Shown: positions 40,521 through 54,831, counted from the stretch's first letter. The stretch: DNA of 64,000 bases from the human T2T-CHM13v2.0 reference genome, Homo sapiens (GCF_009914755.1 NC_060927.1); one strand, 5' to 3'. Translations and numbers: made by a program. The notes: a model not told the origin generated them from the sequence alone.

Positions 40521-40779
40521 TCCTAGCTACTTCATTCAGCCAGGTGTCAGAATGTCACCATGTGTGTATACCCTGATTATGAGATGTCAGTTTTGAAGAT
40601 GTTTTTAATATGGTTTTTAAAATGCAAACTATAAACTTTCCGCTTAAAAAAATCCAAGTAATGAACAAAGGAGACATTCCCAAACAGCCCTGAGCCTCAT
40701 CACAATTACTCAAAAGGGAGAATAAATTAGAATGTTCAAAAGAATAATGCCACACATGAAATGAATCTAAGGTTTTTCA

Positions 40780-41223
<444 letters not shown>

Positions 41224-41369
41224 TCAACTAATAAATCCCTCTCTTCATCTTTTTATGAGAGGGGGTAGTTTAAGTAATTTAAAATAGTATCTATCAAAAA
41301 TAAAGTGACCCAGGAAAAATATTATTAGATACCAGATGCTCATCACAATTTGATCACTTCAATATTAAA

Positions 41370-41921
41370 GATGGTATTTTCCAAAACTGGTTGCAATAAT
41401 ATCTCCCTTCCTATATCCCCTTCTTGTAGCATAACTTTGATACTCCTCTCATTGACAGGTGGGTCTCAGTTCTCTTCTTCTGAGTTTTGGCAGGCTTGTG
41501 ATCATGGTGGAGGTCACACTGTGTGACTTCCAAGACTTGTCCATAAAAAGCAACACAGCTTCTATCAAGTTGTCTTTGGACACAAGCTCTTGGAATTGGC
41601 CACCATGTTGAGAGGAAGTCCAAGCAGCTTCATGGAGAGGCCAAGTGTAGATGTTTCAGTCGGCAACCCCAGCTGGGTTCCTCACAAGCATCAGCATCAG
41701 CTGCCAGACAAGCGAGTAAGGGAGCCTTCCTATGATTCCACACACAAGCCCCTGAGTCAACTCCTAGCCTTCATAGTGAGGTTCTGGACATTATGGTTGA
41801 GACAAACTGAGTCCTCTGGACCACCTTTCATGACCCACAGAATCATGAGCATAATAAAACGGTTGTTGTTCTATGCCATAAGTTTGGGGTGGTTTGTTAG
41901 GCTGTAATAGCAAAGAGAATA
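41370..41921 (+). mobile_element. MLT1H-like LTR
   Basis: gtgtgacttccaagac; gacccacagaatcatgagcataataaaacggttgttg; agtttggggtggtttgtta. Confidence 0.8.
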
Positions 41922-41943
41922 AGGTTCCTTCCTCTCATCCTTC

Positions 41944-42697
41944 TGATACAGACAGGAGACAGGGAAATACTGGGTAGAAGAGGTCAGTTCCCCAGCAAAG
42001 GCCCCACCCTCAACCTGGAAACCCATGGCCCTAAATGAGAACAGGCATTCCTGTTTTCATGCCCAAAAGTTGCTTTCGGCCTGCCACATTCCCCATATAA
42101 ACCATAAACCCCCAGCTCCATGAGGAGACAAACAGGAGAACAGAAGAATGGCAGAACGGCGTAGCAGAGAGAAGAGAATGAGTGTCTGAATGCTGAGAGG
42201 ATTTCAGCTGGGGATGGTCGGAGAGGAGCTTGGCCGTTCAGCGGCTGCTGAACGGCCAAGTTCCAGGGGAAGATCATTTTCCCACTCCATCCCCCTTCAG
42301 GCTCCCCATCCATCCTGCTGAAAGCCACCTCCACCACTCAATAAAACTCCCACATTCATCCTTCAGGTCCATGTGCGACCTGATTCTTCCTGGACGTGGG
42401 ACAAGGACCTAGGTACCAACAGGGCACTAAGCTGATTAACACTTAAGCTGTCTGCAGACAACAAGGCTAAAAGAGCACACTGTAACACGCACCCACTTGG
42501 GCTTCGAGAGTTGAAGACATCTACCCCTGGATGCTGCTGTGGGGTGGAGCCCAGGGGCACTTACCCCAGCTCCTGCACCTGCCCATCTGTTTGCTCCCCC
42601 TCCCATAAGGGCTTTGCACATGTGTGGTGACAGGAAAAATGAGCCACTCTCCTGTTGCACATCCTGCGAGAGGGTTCAGGGAACTCTCCCCTTTTCA
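41944..42697 (+). mobile_element. MER50 solo LTR (ERV1)
   Basis: tgatacagacaggagacagggaaatactgggtagaagagg ... cagggaactctccccttttca; perfect TSD cttc. Confidence 0.9.
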
Positions 42698-43134
42698 CTT
42701 CTTACCTTTTAAGATGCAAACACTGCCTTCTTTGTCATTCTACCTGTGCTCTAATATAGTTTATATCCACCTTTATTAAAGCAAGTCTCATTTTATTCCA
42801 CCAGTAATTACAGTTGTTTCTACCTGACATCAGCTTCTGAGTTTTGCAAGGATAAGGACTTTTGCTTATCGATTTCTGTTCCCCCAAAGTATTTGTTATA
42901 TGAATGCATAAATGAGTGATTGAAATAGGCTGGAAAACATCACCACTTTTGACCTCAATCTCATCTTTTCAAATGTGGAGAAAGCTTGATAAGTTTTAAA
43001 GCTGCTGTGTTTCTGAAGAGTCATTACTTATGAATCAACACACATGCAATCAATACACCTTCTTAGCCACTATATGAAAAGAGGCTAAGCCAGAAGCCTG
43101 GGAATTGAAACAAGAACACTTGCAGTTTCTGGTG

Positions 43135-43585
43135 CAAGTGCTGCCTGGGCCCCTCCAATATCCATTTGTATTCTTAGGGTCCCCCAAGCCCATGCCTACC
43201 ATGTCCTGCTGCATATACTTGCAACTCTTCACCTAAAGGCTTGTTCTGGGCTCCTGAGCAGGGCAGGCTAAAGTCCTAGGGGAGTTAAAGTTCTCGGAAC
43301 AGCCCTGAGCCAATGATGGATGTGAGTTGGAAGATGAATAACCCTCATTCCCTCACTCCTGGAGGGCATAATTCTGGGGCTCATTCTACATTGTCTCCAA
43401 GAGTTTCCCGGCTGGAATGGGCCCCATGGCCCTCTGTAGTAACCTTCTCAATACCTCATCTTTCTTTTTCCACTTCTATTTCCCCAATTCCCTACTGATG
43501 CTCTTGGGATCACCTCTGAAATAAACTATGGGCACTCAAACCTCTCCTTGGGGTCTGCTTCTGGGAAAAATTCAAACTAGGTAGC
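43135..43585 (+). mobile_element. LTR16C-like ERVL LTR
   Basis: gcccctgagccaatgatggatgtgagttgg; gggatcacctctgaaataaacta...gggtctgcttctggg. Confidence 0.75.
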
Positions 43586-43775
43586 ACAGAAGGCTCATTG
43601 ACAAAAACAACAAGAAGAGGAAGATATAGAGAGATAAAATTCATCCAGTAAGTTACAATTCCTCCCAATAGATTTTGACAAGGGATGCCAATACAAATCT
43701 CCATGTGTTGTTGATTAAATATAATCAACTCAAGATTCAGGCCACAATAAAGTATAATAGACAAAGAGTTCCTTT

Positions 43776-44313
43776 GTGCATTAGTCAGAATATTTTTGGC
43801 TACACGTAACAGAAAACAAATATAGACTGGCTCAAGTAAAAGAGAAATTTATCAGTTTGTGCAACTAAAATGCCAAAGGAAAGGGAAAGACTTCAGGCAT
43901 TTGCAGACCCATATCAATATTATCAAGAAATCTGTTTATCTCCATTGTTCAGCTTTGCTTTTCTCTTGATTGTTTTTACCAATGGGTAAGCTCTTCAAAA
44001 GCAATGGGGAGATGCAGCTTCAGATTTACATTCTACTCAGTAACACCAGCAGAAATAGAGAGGCTCTTTTCAATAGTTCTGTGTGAAGTCTTGGGCTTGG
44101 CTCTCATTCCCAAACTGAGGACAACAGCCAGGAAATTGCAATATGCTAATAGAACAGTCTAGTGTGTGACCCGTCTGCAGTGGGGAACAATGGTGGAGGT
44201 AACTCCCACCTAAATCATACAGCCTGGCAGTGGTCAGGAATGGTTCCTTGAAGGATGCAGAGTTGAAGAGGAAGGGATACTATCAGGGAAGCACAATAGA
44301 CACCCACTACAAC
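43776..44313 (-). mobile_element. MLT1 (K/L-like) LTR
   Basis: tgcattagtcagaat...gtaacagaaaac...ctggctcaagtaaaagagaaattta; end cccactacaaca. Confidence 0.6.
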
Positions 44314-44436
44314 ATTAAAATAGACTTTCGTTTTTTAGAAAATGAGAAAGTAAAGATAAGCAAAACCAAACATACAAATAAATAAACTGAACTTTTCAGA
44401 TACTCAAGGCAATAAAAATTTCTTCTTCCAGGTAAG

Positions 44437-44786
44437 TGTCTTAGTCCATTTGGGCTGCTATAATAAAATATCATTAACTGGGTAGCTTCTAAACAATGGC
44501 AATTTATTTCTCATAGTTCTGGAAGCTGGGAAGTCCAAGATCAAGGCACTGAAAGATTGGGTGTCTAGTGGGAATCCACTTCCTGATTCATAGATGGTGC
44601 CTTCTTGCTGTGTCCTCACATGGCAGAAGGGGCAAAGTAGGTCTTTGGGCAGTAATCCCATTCATAAGAACTCCACTCTCATGACCTAATCATCTCCCAA
44701 AGGCCCCACCTCTGATGCCATCACCTTGGGGGGTTAGGATTTTAACATATGAATTTTGGAGGGACACCAACATTCAGACCATAGCA
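44437..44786 (-). mobile_element. MLT1A0-like solo LTR
   Basis: tgtcttagtccatttgggctgctataa ... aacattcagaccatagca; TSD gtaag/ataag. Confidence 0.9.
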
Positions 44787-44908
44787 ATAAGCCAGTTTCT
44801 CTGATTTGTAATTGATAAAGTCCTGGCTGATAAACTTATGTCATTAAAAAAAGAGGGTTCCAGGTGAGATGAAGTAAGCACATTCCACTCTGCCTTTCTG
44901 TTTTAAAA

Positions 44909-45450
44909 TGTAGCTTTCATTATTATTCAGGCACTGTGGGGCCAACATATTAGGAGAGGACTGCCCCGGAGACGATAGTTACTCATAGTTCCCCAAGAGG
45001 AGTGGATACCCCGCCCCACAGGGAGCCACATGGGGAAGCACCAGGGTCATCAGAAGGCAGAGGGAAGAGCCTTCATCCTGGTTTTCATGGAAAAGAATGA
45101 GAAAGGCAGGGTAAGGAGGCATAGGATTGACTAGTTCAACAACAGCAGCAGGCTAGGGGTAGAGGGGCTGTCCTGAGTTGTCTGGCATCTGGCCCTGGGG
45201 TGGTGAAAACAGGTGGATAATGGCCTGGAGTGTAAGGGCACAATATAAGGGATGGTTGGTGGGCGTGAGCTTTGGATTAGTCGGTTTACATATGAAATGT
45301 GTGCTGGGGGGCAGGGTTGGGGGTGGGGGGCAGTTGTTTGCTGCCTTAGGAATTAGCTAATTAGAGAGGGGTAGTCCTTTCCCCGCAAATCATCAAGGCC
45401 CCAGATGCCAAAGTATGAAGAATACAGAAAATAAGAAAATATAATTAATA
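44909..45450 (-). mobile_element. MER76-like ERVL LTR inserted in the L1 5' region
   Basis: aggcagggtaag...taggattgactagt; ggggctgtcctgagttgtctggcatctggccctggggtg. Confidence 0.65.
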
Positions 45451-47611
45451 TATTCTGCCACTGAAAGCAGCTACACCACCTGGAGAGATTTCAGGGATCA
45501 GCTATTTGAGGACTCTGAAAGTAAATAGTAGCAGATGCCGAGGGAAGAACCAAATTTGAAGCACCATCAAATCAGCTGTGAATTTACCCTTCTTCCTTCT
45601 CTGGTATCCACTGGCCTGAACTCAGTGCATCCTGAAACCTGAGATAGGCATCAATATGGACAGAGAAAGCTCCAGGAGAAGCCTCTAGTTCCGGCTTCAG
45701 GAAAGGGAGAGGAGCCTCCGAATATTGAGAGAGGGTGGGGAAATATGATTCTCTTCTTTTACTCTTTCTTTCTTCTGTTCTTTTGCTCCTCAGCCCACAG
45801 GTCATCTTGAGATGCTAATGGCAGTGGTTTCAGAGGTAGACACAGAGGCTCCCAGACACGGAGGCTCCTCATTGATAGGAGGAACTGTGGTCCCCAGAGA
45901 GGGAGGCAAACTTCTGTTGTTTCTTTACTGTCTCTGTCCCCATATTGGTCACAGCCATCAGCATAGCTGTGGAATGTATGGCAGAGGGCAGATAAATAAA
46001 GTCCCAGTTTTCTGTCTAAATGAGCAAATAGGGGCGCTCAGGGAGTGGAAAAGTGTCGAAGACATTCGGGAGAGAAGGGAGAAGATTGTTTACAAACTCC
46101 TGGACTCACCCCTGGGCTACTCACACCTGGATGTGACCCTACGCAACATATAGAGACCTTAGCACTGAACTAGGAATAGACGATCACCCAGGCTCTGGGC
46201 TGGGCCCCAGGTGGTGAACACAGCGGACAGATCTGAACAGCACTGCACTGCCAAGGAGTCAAAACTGAGTTTACCCTAAGACCACAACCCCCAGAGAGCT
46301 GGTTGGAAATTGACGTGTGAACCTGACTGGGTTGATTACCTGCTAAAATGAAAAAGTCAACACTTCCATGGGATTTAAGCAAAACCCAGGGTTTTGTAAC
46401 ATAATATTTAACATGTCCAGAATACAAGCCAAAATTACTCAGCATACAAAAAACAGGGAAATCTCGATGCACTCGGGAAAAGATGCCACCGCTGAGCTAA
46501 CACAGATATTGGAATTATTTGACAAAAACTTTAAAGCAGCTATTAAGAAATGCTTCAGCAAGAAATCCTAAACACTCTTGAAATACATGGAAAAATGGAA
46601 AGTCTAAGGAAAGGAATGGAAAATGTAAAGAATGAAATAGATATTTTAAAACAGAAAACACGATAATGGAAATAAAGCTCACTTAACGGGCTCATCAGCT
46701 GAAGGAAGATGTAGCAGAAAAAGTCTGTGACCTTGAAGATAGATTAATAGAACGTATACAGTCTGAACAACAGAGAAGGAAAAAGATTAAAAAAAAAACA
46801 AACAGAGCTTGAGCGACGATACCAAAAGGTTTATCATTCCTCTCATTGGACTCTGAGAAGAAGATAAAGAATCAAGCATGCAAAATACTTTTGAAGAAAT
46901 AACAACTTTAAAACTTCCCAAATTTGGCAAAAGGAATAAACCTGCTGAATTAGGAGGCTCAGCAAACTTCAAACAACATAAACCTTCAGGAAACCCATGC
47001 CCAGACATATCATAATAAAACTGAAAACCAAAGAAAAAGAAACAAATCTTGAAAGCAACGAGAGAACAATGGACACATTACTTATAGGAGAACAACAATT
47101 GAAGTGACTGCAGATTACTCATAAGAAACCACAGAGTTCATATTTCTGCACAGTATATATTTAAGGTGCTGAAAGAAAACAAATGTCAAGCCATAATTCT
47201 ATTCCAGTAAGAATGTCCTGCAGGAATGAGTTGAAATAAGGACATTCTCAGGTGAATGAAAACTAAGATAATTCATTGCCAACAGCCGAAGGAATTTCCA
47301 AAGAAATTCTTCAGGCAAAAAGAAATGATACCAGAAGGAAACTTGGAACATCAGGAATGAAGAAAGAGAAAAGAAACGGTAAACTTACCAGAATGGTACA
47401 TTTCTGGATAAATATAACACACTACTCTTCTCCTATTGAGTTAAAAAATATTATTGATGGTTGAAAGCCAAAATTATAACATTGTCTAATGGGGTTTTCA
47501 CTGTATGTAAATGTGGTAAATAAAATAACTGCAGCAAAAAGCCTATATATGCTAAAGGTTTCTGTATTCAACTTGAGATGCTAAAATATTTGCAAGCAAA
47601 AAATGAAAAGT

Positions 47612-48461
47612 AGTAGGCAAAGGACATAAACAGACATTTTTCAAAAGAAGAACTACATGCAGCCAACAAGCATATGAAAAAATGCTTAATATCACTCATC
47701 ATTAGATAAATGCAAATTAAAGCCACAATGAGATACAATCTCACACCAGTCAGAATGGCTATTTATTAAACAGTCAAAAAATAACAGATGCTGGTGAGGT
47801 TGTGGAGAAAAGGGAATGCTTACACACTGCTGGTAGGAATATAAGTTAGTTTAACCATTGTGGAAAGCAGTGTGGCAATTCCTCAAACAACTAAAAATGG
47901 AACTACCATTCAATCCAGCAATCTCACTACTGGGAATATACCCCCCAAAATATAAATTGTGCTACCATAAAGACACACGCATGTGTATATTCATTGCAGC
48001 ACTATTCACAATAGCAAAGACATGGAATCAACCTAAATGCCCATCAATGGTAGACTTGATAAAGAAAATGTTTACATGTATACCATGAAATACTATGTGG
48101 CCAAAAAAAGAACGAGATCATATCCTCTGCAGGGACATGGATGGAACTGGAGGCCGTTGTCCTTAGCAAACTAATGCAGAAACAGAAAACCAAATACCAC
48201 ATGTTCTCACTTATAAGTGGGAGCTAAATGATGAGGACAGCTGGACAACACACACTGGGGCCTATTGGAGGGTGGAGGGTGGGAGAAGGGAGAGGTTCAG
48301 AAAAAAACCCCAAAACTCTTGGGTACTATGCTTAGCACCTGGGTAATGAAATAATCTATACACCAAACATCCAAGTCATGAGTTTACCTATGTAACAAAT
48401 CTGCACATGTACCCCTGAACCTAAAATAAAAGTTAAAATATTTTAATAAATAAATAAATTG
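47612..48461 (+). mobile_element. L1PA13-15 3' end nested in the older L1
   Basis: ggcaaaggacataaacagacatttttcaaaagaag ... acatgtacccctgaacctaaaataaaagtt; TSD aaaaaa(t)gaaaagt. Confidence 0.92.
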
Positions 48462-50189
48462 AAAAAAGAAAAGTGAAATGTTCTGTATATTGTAATCCCT
48501 GAAAGTATATTTTAAGTACTATTGCAAAATACTATTCAAAGAAATATAGTCATAAAAGAGGATACATACATACAAACTATGTTCTCAGATCATAATGAAA
48601 TTAAATTAGAAATCAGTAACAGTAAGGTAGTTGGAAAATCTCAAAATACTGGGGAGAAACAGAATGGACAAATGAAATGGAATACAAAAACATGCTCGAA
48701 TAACCAATAAAAAGGGCAGGAAAGGGGAAACAAGAACAGAAAACCCAGGGAACAAATAGAAAACAAATAATAAAATGGTTGACTTAAATCCAAATATATT
48801 AATATCTACACTAAAATATAAGTGATCTGAATTAAAAGATGGAGATTGTCAGAACGGATTTAAAAAATGACCCAACTATATATTGTTTATATAGAACTCA
48901 TCTCAAATATAATGATAAAAATAGGCTAAAAGTAAAAGGAGGAAAAGGATATATTATGTAAAAACTAATAAAACGTAAGCTAGAATGGCTATATCAATGT
49001 CATATAAAGTAAATATCAGAGCAAAAAAAATTAACACGGATGAAGAGGGAGACTACATAATAAGAGGAGAAGACAGCAAGAAGAAATAACAATTCCAAAT
49101 GTTTGTACATCTAATGACAGAGCTTTAAAACACACAAAACAAAAGCTGAGAGAACTAAAAGTAAAAATAGATAAATCCACAATTATAATTGGAAAATTCA
49201 ACCTTCTTTTCTCAGTAATTGACAGAACAAATAGATAGAAAATCAACAAGGATATAAAAGAATTGAACAACATCATTAAACAATTGGGTCTAATTGATAT
49301 GTATACAACATTCCATCCAGCAACAGCAAAATACACATTCTTTTCAAGTGCATGTGAAACGTTCACCAAGAGGGACAATATTCTGGGTAATAAAACAAAC
49401 CTTAACAAATTTGAGAGAATTAAAATTACATAAAGTATATTCTCTGACTATAATGGAATTAGATTTGAAATCAGTGAGAGAAAGTTAACAGGAAAAAATC
49501 TTCAAACACTTGACAAGTATTAATATACTGCTAAATAATGTATGGGTCAAAGAAGACGTTCCAAAAAAATTAGAAAATATTGTGCAGTGAATGAAAATGA
49601 AGAAAAATATATCAAAATTTGTGGGCTAGAGCTAAAGCTGTGGTTAGAGGAAAATTCTTAGCATTAAATGCTTATATTAGAAAAGAAAGTCTTAATAATA
49701 ATCCATGCTTCCACTTTAACAAACTAAAAAAGGAAAATAAAAACCCAAATCAATTGAAAGAAATAATGAAGAAGAGAACAGAAATCAATTAAGTTGAAAA
49801 GAGACAGATAATAAAATCAATGAACTAAGAGTTGGTTCTTTGAAAAAATCAGTAAAATTTATAAATGTCTAAAAAGACTGACAAGGAAAAAAAAAGAGAA
49901 TGAATATCATGAATATCAGGAATGAAACAGGACATGCCACTTCTGAGCCCAGAGAGTATTCATAATTTAAACTTTCCAAAAAAAAAAAAAAAAAAGAGAA
50001 ATCTACAGTTCCAGATAGTTTCACAGAAAAATTCTAGCAAATATTTAATGATTAAATAATGACAATTCTATACAATCTTTTCCACAAGACAGAAGAGGAG
50101 GGAATACTTCCCAACTCGTTTATCCTGATACTGAAACCAAAGACAGTACAAGATAAAAACACTGCAGACTAACATTCCTCACGAACATA

Positions 50190-50551
50190 TGATATGGTTT
50201 GGCTATGTCCCCACCCACATCTCATCTTGAATTGTAGTTCCCGTAATCCTCATGTGTCCTGGGAGGGACCCTGTGGGAGGTAATTGAATTATGGGGGTGG
50301 TTAACCCCATGCTGCTGTTCTCATGATAGTGAGTGAGTTCTCATGAGATCTGATGGTTTAATAAGTTGCTTTTCCCCCTTTTGCTTGTCACTTCTTCCTG
50401 CCATCATGTGTTTGCTTCCCCTTCCACCATGATTAAAAGTTTCCTGAGGCCTCTCCAGCCATGCGGAACTGTGAGTTAATTAAACCTCTTTCCTTTATAA
50501 ACTCTCAGTCTTGGGCAGTCCTTTATAGCCATGTGAGAACGGACTAATATA
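50190..50551 (+). mobile_element. THE1D solo LTR
   Basis: tgatatggtttggctatgtccccaccca ... gtgagaacggactaat; TSD acata/tcata; host L1 gaacata|gatgcaaaa rejoins. Confidence 0.93.
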
Positions 50552-51685
50552 TCATAGATGCAAAAATCCTTAACAAAATCTTAGCCATTTGAAGCTAGCA
50601 ATGTATAAAAAGAATAATAAATTACAACTAAGTGGAGTTTCTCCTGGGCTATGCCAGGTTAGTTCAGTATTTGAAAAATCAGTCATTGTAATAGCAATAG
50701 TCAAAAGGAAAAAAGCCATATGATCATATAAATTAATACAGTAAAAACATTTCACAAAATTCAATATCAATTCATGATTTAAAGAAATTATGAAAAACTC
50801 TTAGCAAACTACAAAAAGCAATTTTTGTCAACCTAATAAAGAACATCATTAAAAAACCAACAAAAATCACACCTAATGGTGAAAGATTGAATGCTTTCCT
50901 CCTGTAAATGAGAACAAGGCAGACTTCCTCTACCTCCATTCCTATTTGATGTCGTACTGTAATTCCTAGCCAGTGCAATCAGGAAAGAAAAAGAAAGGAA
51001 TCCAGACTGGAAAAGAAGAAATAAAACTATCCCTGTTCACAGATGAAATTACTGTTTACATGTGTCCAAAAAACAGACACACTCGACACACACACACACA
51101 CACACACACCCCTCCTAGAACTAATAACCGAGTTTAGCAATGTTGTAGAGTACAAGTAAAAAAAAAAAAGTTGATGATATTTCTGTATACTTATTGCTAA
51201 TAAGGAACTGGAAACCAGGTATTTTTCAAATGCCGTTTAAAATAACTCCAAACATTGAAATACTTATGTATAAATTTAATGCAATATGTAAAGGGTCAAT
51301 AAAACGCAGATGAAATAAATCAAAGAAGACCTACATAAATGAAAAGACATACTGCACTCAAGAATTGGAAAATTATAATGTAAAGATGTTAACCCCCCCA
51401 AACTCATCTATAGATGTAACACAAACCCAATGAAAATCCCAACAGGATTTTTTGTAGACAGAAATAAGTTGATTCTAAATGTATATGGAAAGGCAAAGAA
51501 AGAATAGCTAGCAGGATTTTAAAAAGAATAGAGTTGGAGAAATCATACTTTTCCATTTTAAGGCTTCTGTAAAGCTGCAGTAATTGAGATCAAGATAGCA
51601 TGGTATTGGCAGAAAGATAAACATGTAGATCAACGGAACAGAATAGACTTCCAGAAATAGACCTACACAAAGATGGCCAACCGAT

Positions 51686-51866
51686 GTTATTTTAATTGAA
51701 GTATAATTCACACACAATAAAATGCCGTGACTTAAAGTGTGTAAATTGATGCGTTTTGACTAGGGCATATACCCATGTAAGCCACACCCTGTAAAGTATA
51801 TGCCCATTTCCATTACTTCAGAAAGTTCCCCTGTGTTGCCTCCCCCCATGGGCAACTACTGTTTTC
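51686..51866 (-). mobile_element. Antisense L1M 3'-end fragment inside host ORF2
   Basis: ttaattgaagtataattcacacacaataaaatgc...catttccattacttcagaaagttcccctgtg. Confidence 0.75.
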
Positions 51867-54831
51867 CAGTTGAGTTTTTGATCAGTGTGCAGAGGCAATT
51901 CAATAGGGAAAGGATAGTCTTCTCAATAAGCGATGTTTAAAGCATTTGGGCATCCAAATGCAACAAAATGAACCTTGACCTAAATCTCATACCTTATTCC
52001 AAAGTTAACTCAAATTAAGTTATACATTTAAATGTAAAATACAAAATTATAAAATGTTTAGAATTAAACATAGGGAAAAATCATGACCCATAACAGAAAA
52101 AAAAAATTGTAAGCTGGACTTCATCAGAATTAAAAACTTTTTCTGGGAAAGACACTGGTAAAAGAATGAAAAGACAAACTACAGACCGAGAAAATATTTA
52201 CTGATCACATATCCAGCAAAACACTTGTATTCAGAATATATTAAGAACTCTCGAAACTCAACATTAAGAGAACAAACAGTCCAATTTTTAAAATGAGCAA
52301 AAGACTTGAACAGGCACTTCACTAAAGGGATGGCAAATAAGCTCAGGAAAAGATGTTCAACATCATTAACCATTAAGAAATGGCAACTTAAAAACCATGA
52401 TGAGATACCCTCCACATCTATTAGAACGGCTGAAAACGTGAAAATACTATGGCAAACACTGTGACGGTTTCTCGTAAAGTTCCAGGCACGTCTACCAGCT
52501 GACTCAGCATCCCACTACTAGGAATTACCTAAGTATTACAACATGAAAATTTATCTACACCCCCAAACCTATACAGGAATGATGATAGCAGCTCTATTTA
52601 TAAGACATACTGCACACATAAATGGGAAGATAACAATGTAAAGTTGGGAATCCTCCCCCAAATTCATCTATAGATTTAACACAAACCCAGCTCTATTTAT
52701 ACTGATTATAGCAGCCAAAAACTGGAAGCAGCCAAATACCCTACAACGGGTGAAAAAAGCGTTATGTCCACACAATGGAATTCTGCTCAGTAATAATAAT
52801 AATATTAATTTTAAAAAGAACTATGGATACATGCAACAGCTTGGATGACTCTCAAATACATTATGTCGACTGAAAGAAGCCAGTCTCAAAAGGTTATATA
52901 TTGTATGATTCCATTTACGTGACCTTGTGGAAGAGACACTTTGGTGATGGGTAATGGCAGTGCTTGCTAAGGGTCAGGGTTGCAGGGTTGGGGCGGTGGG
53001 GGGTTCTGACAACAAAAGGATGGCGTGAGGGAATTTTCTGGGTGATGGAATTGTTTTGTATTGATTGTGGGAGTGGTTACTTGAATGTGTATGCGTGTTA
53101 AAATTCACAGAACTGTGCTCACGTACAAAGTCAATTTTACTGTATGTTCATTTAAAAAGTAAAGTTTTAAGAATTTTTTTTAAAAAGAGTTAAAATGTTT
53201 TCAATGAGACAGTCAAACATAACAGGAAGAAAATACTTATCCAGAATGTGTTATTTATATATTTTCAGTGCTCAAACATTCAGGAAAAACATAATGTGTT
53301 GTTTTGTAGGGAAAGCTGAAAAGGAAAAAAAAAATTAAAAAGGGAAAAAGTAAGTATTGCCTTAAGCAGGGGTTCCCAAACTTCAGTTTCTATAAGAATC
53401 ATCTGGAGAATTTTTTAACTTTTGTTTGTTTGTTTGTTTGTTTTTTGCTAGACTTCACCCATCCTCATTCTTTGAGAAATTACTTGGCTGGAACAGAAAA
53501 GGTAAGTTTTCTCAGCTGCATAGGTAGAGACACGTGTTCTATAATGCTAGATCAAGACCACACTGGACTTGTTCCAGTAAATCAAAGAGAGATGCTTCTG
53601 GTTTCAGTTAAGTCATTAGAACAAAAATCTTCCTTCAGAGAGTTTACATTTGCAGTGCTTAGGCTTGTAAAATGAGACACATAAATAAACCCTCCTCCGA
53701 CCAGCAAAACAAAAGTATTTTTTTCCTCTTCACAGATTGAAGTAGTTCAAGTGAGAGTCTCTGAGTTTTCCTAGGCAATCACCAAAGAACATTAGCCTTT
53801 AAAAATAAGCTGATGATTAAATGACTTGCTCCAAGTTATTGGTGGAATATAAAGTTTTTTAGATTGGTTGGTTTTTGTTTTTTGGGGGAGGCAGGGAGAG
53901 GAGATGCCATTGTGTAGAAGCAAGCAAACATGGCATTTTGGATTCTGGAAAATAATGTCAAAAGCATAACTAAGAAAGCCCTTTCTTTCCTATAGTTTCA
54001 GTTTCATATTAGCCTACCTTTAAAATTGTGTTTTTAAAGTAACGTTAAAGGGGTCATATCTGATTTTTCATAGCCTTTAAAAAAAAAAAAAAAAGAGAGA
54101 AGAAAAGTAAAATAAACTCCTGGCATGCTTATAGTTCCATTATCTCCCTAATTACCCTAAATTTTAATATTCTAATTACTCTAAATTTTGGAATGATGCA
54201 AATTAAACTGTTACCTAACTTGTTGACCTTGTAGAAAGAGTGGAAAGGGAACAAGAGCTGGATATTTTGATTCCAGAGGCACTGGTTTCATCACGGTTTT
54301 AGGCAGGAACCAAAAGTACCGCACATCAAAACAGTAGCTGTTTTCTTCAACCCACACGCGCACACTCAGGTCAAGTATTCTGAACCAAAGGCACAGGTTG
54401 ACTCTTGAGAGCCGTGGGCCCCTTCACCAGCCTGAGGGGATGACTTGGGAATTTCAAACATCCGGGATTGCCACAGCATTATACCTCATCTAAAGTAGGT
54501 CCCTCTTTGTAGGATGAAAAGAAAAGCGCTTTTCTTGCACCTTTCACCAGAGGAAGTGGATTTGGCTCAGCAAAAGGGCAGACTGCCGATGGGACCAGAG
54601 GACTCCCAGGCCTAACCTCTACTTCGAGAATGGGAAAACCCTGGCCAGCAGGCCTGATCTAAGAGCTATGTTCAGAAGCACAACAGAGTACAGCCACTTT
54701 GGAAAACCATCTGGCAGTTTCTTACAAAACTTACCATGCAATCCAGCAATTGGGTTCTTAAGTATTTACGCAGTGAGTTGAAAACTTATGTCTACACAAA
54801 AACATGCACACAGATGTTTATTGAAACTTTA

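Larger units (their letters stand above)
44850..53190 (+). mobile_element. Near full-length ancient L1M (MC/MD/ME-type) with 5' region, ORF1 and ORF2 remnants and 3'UTR; multiple nested insertions
   Basis: ORF1 remnants ~46480-47300 (cttcccaaatttggcaaaa, aaatcttgaaagca); ORF2 endonuclease remnants from ~48770 (gacccaactatatattgt, ggaaaattcaacc); RT region gatgcaaaaatccttaacaaaat; 3'UTR gaaagaagccagtctcaaaaggttatatattgtatgattccatt; all frames broken. Confidence 0.85.

Noticed and set aside
44400-44437. Plus-strand micro-exon with CAG|GTAAGT
   Set aside because: Only 32 nt, the donor is partly formed by the MLT1A TSD/terminus, and there are no partner exons
47858-48088. ORF resembling the L1 ORF2p C-terminus
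   Set aside because: Broken remnant of a 5'-truncated L1PA; not an independent CDS
52970-53005. Telomere-like agggtc/agggtt G-runs
   Set aside because: Lies in the G-rich tract of the L1 3'UTR; no TTAGGG array
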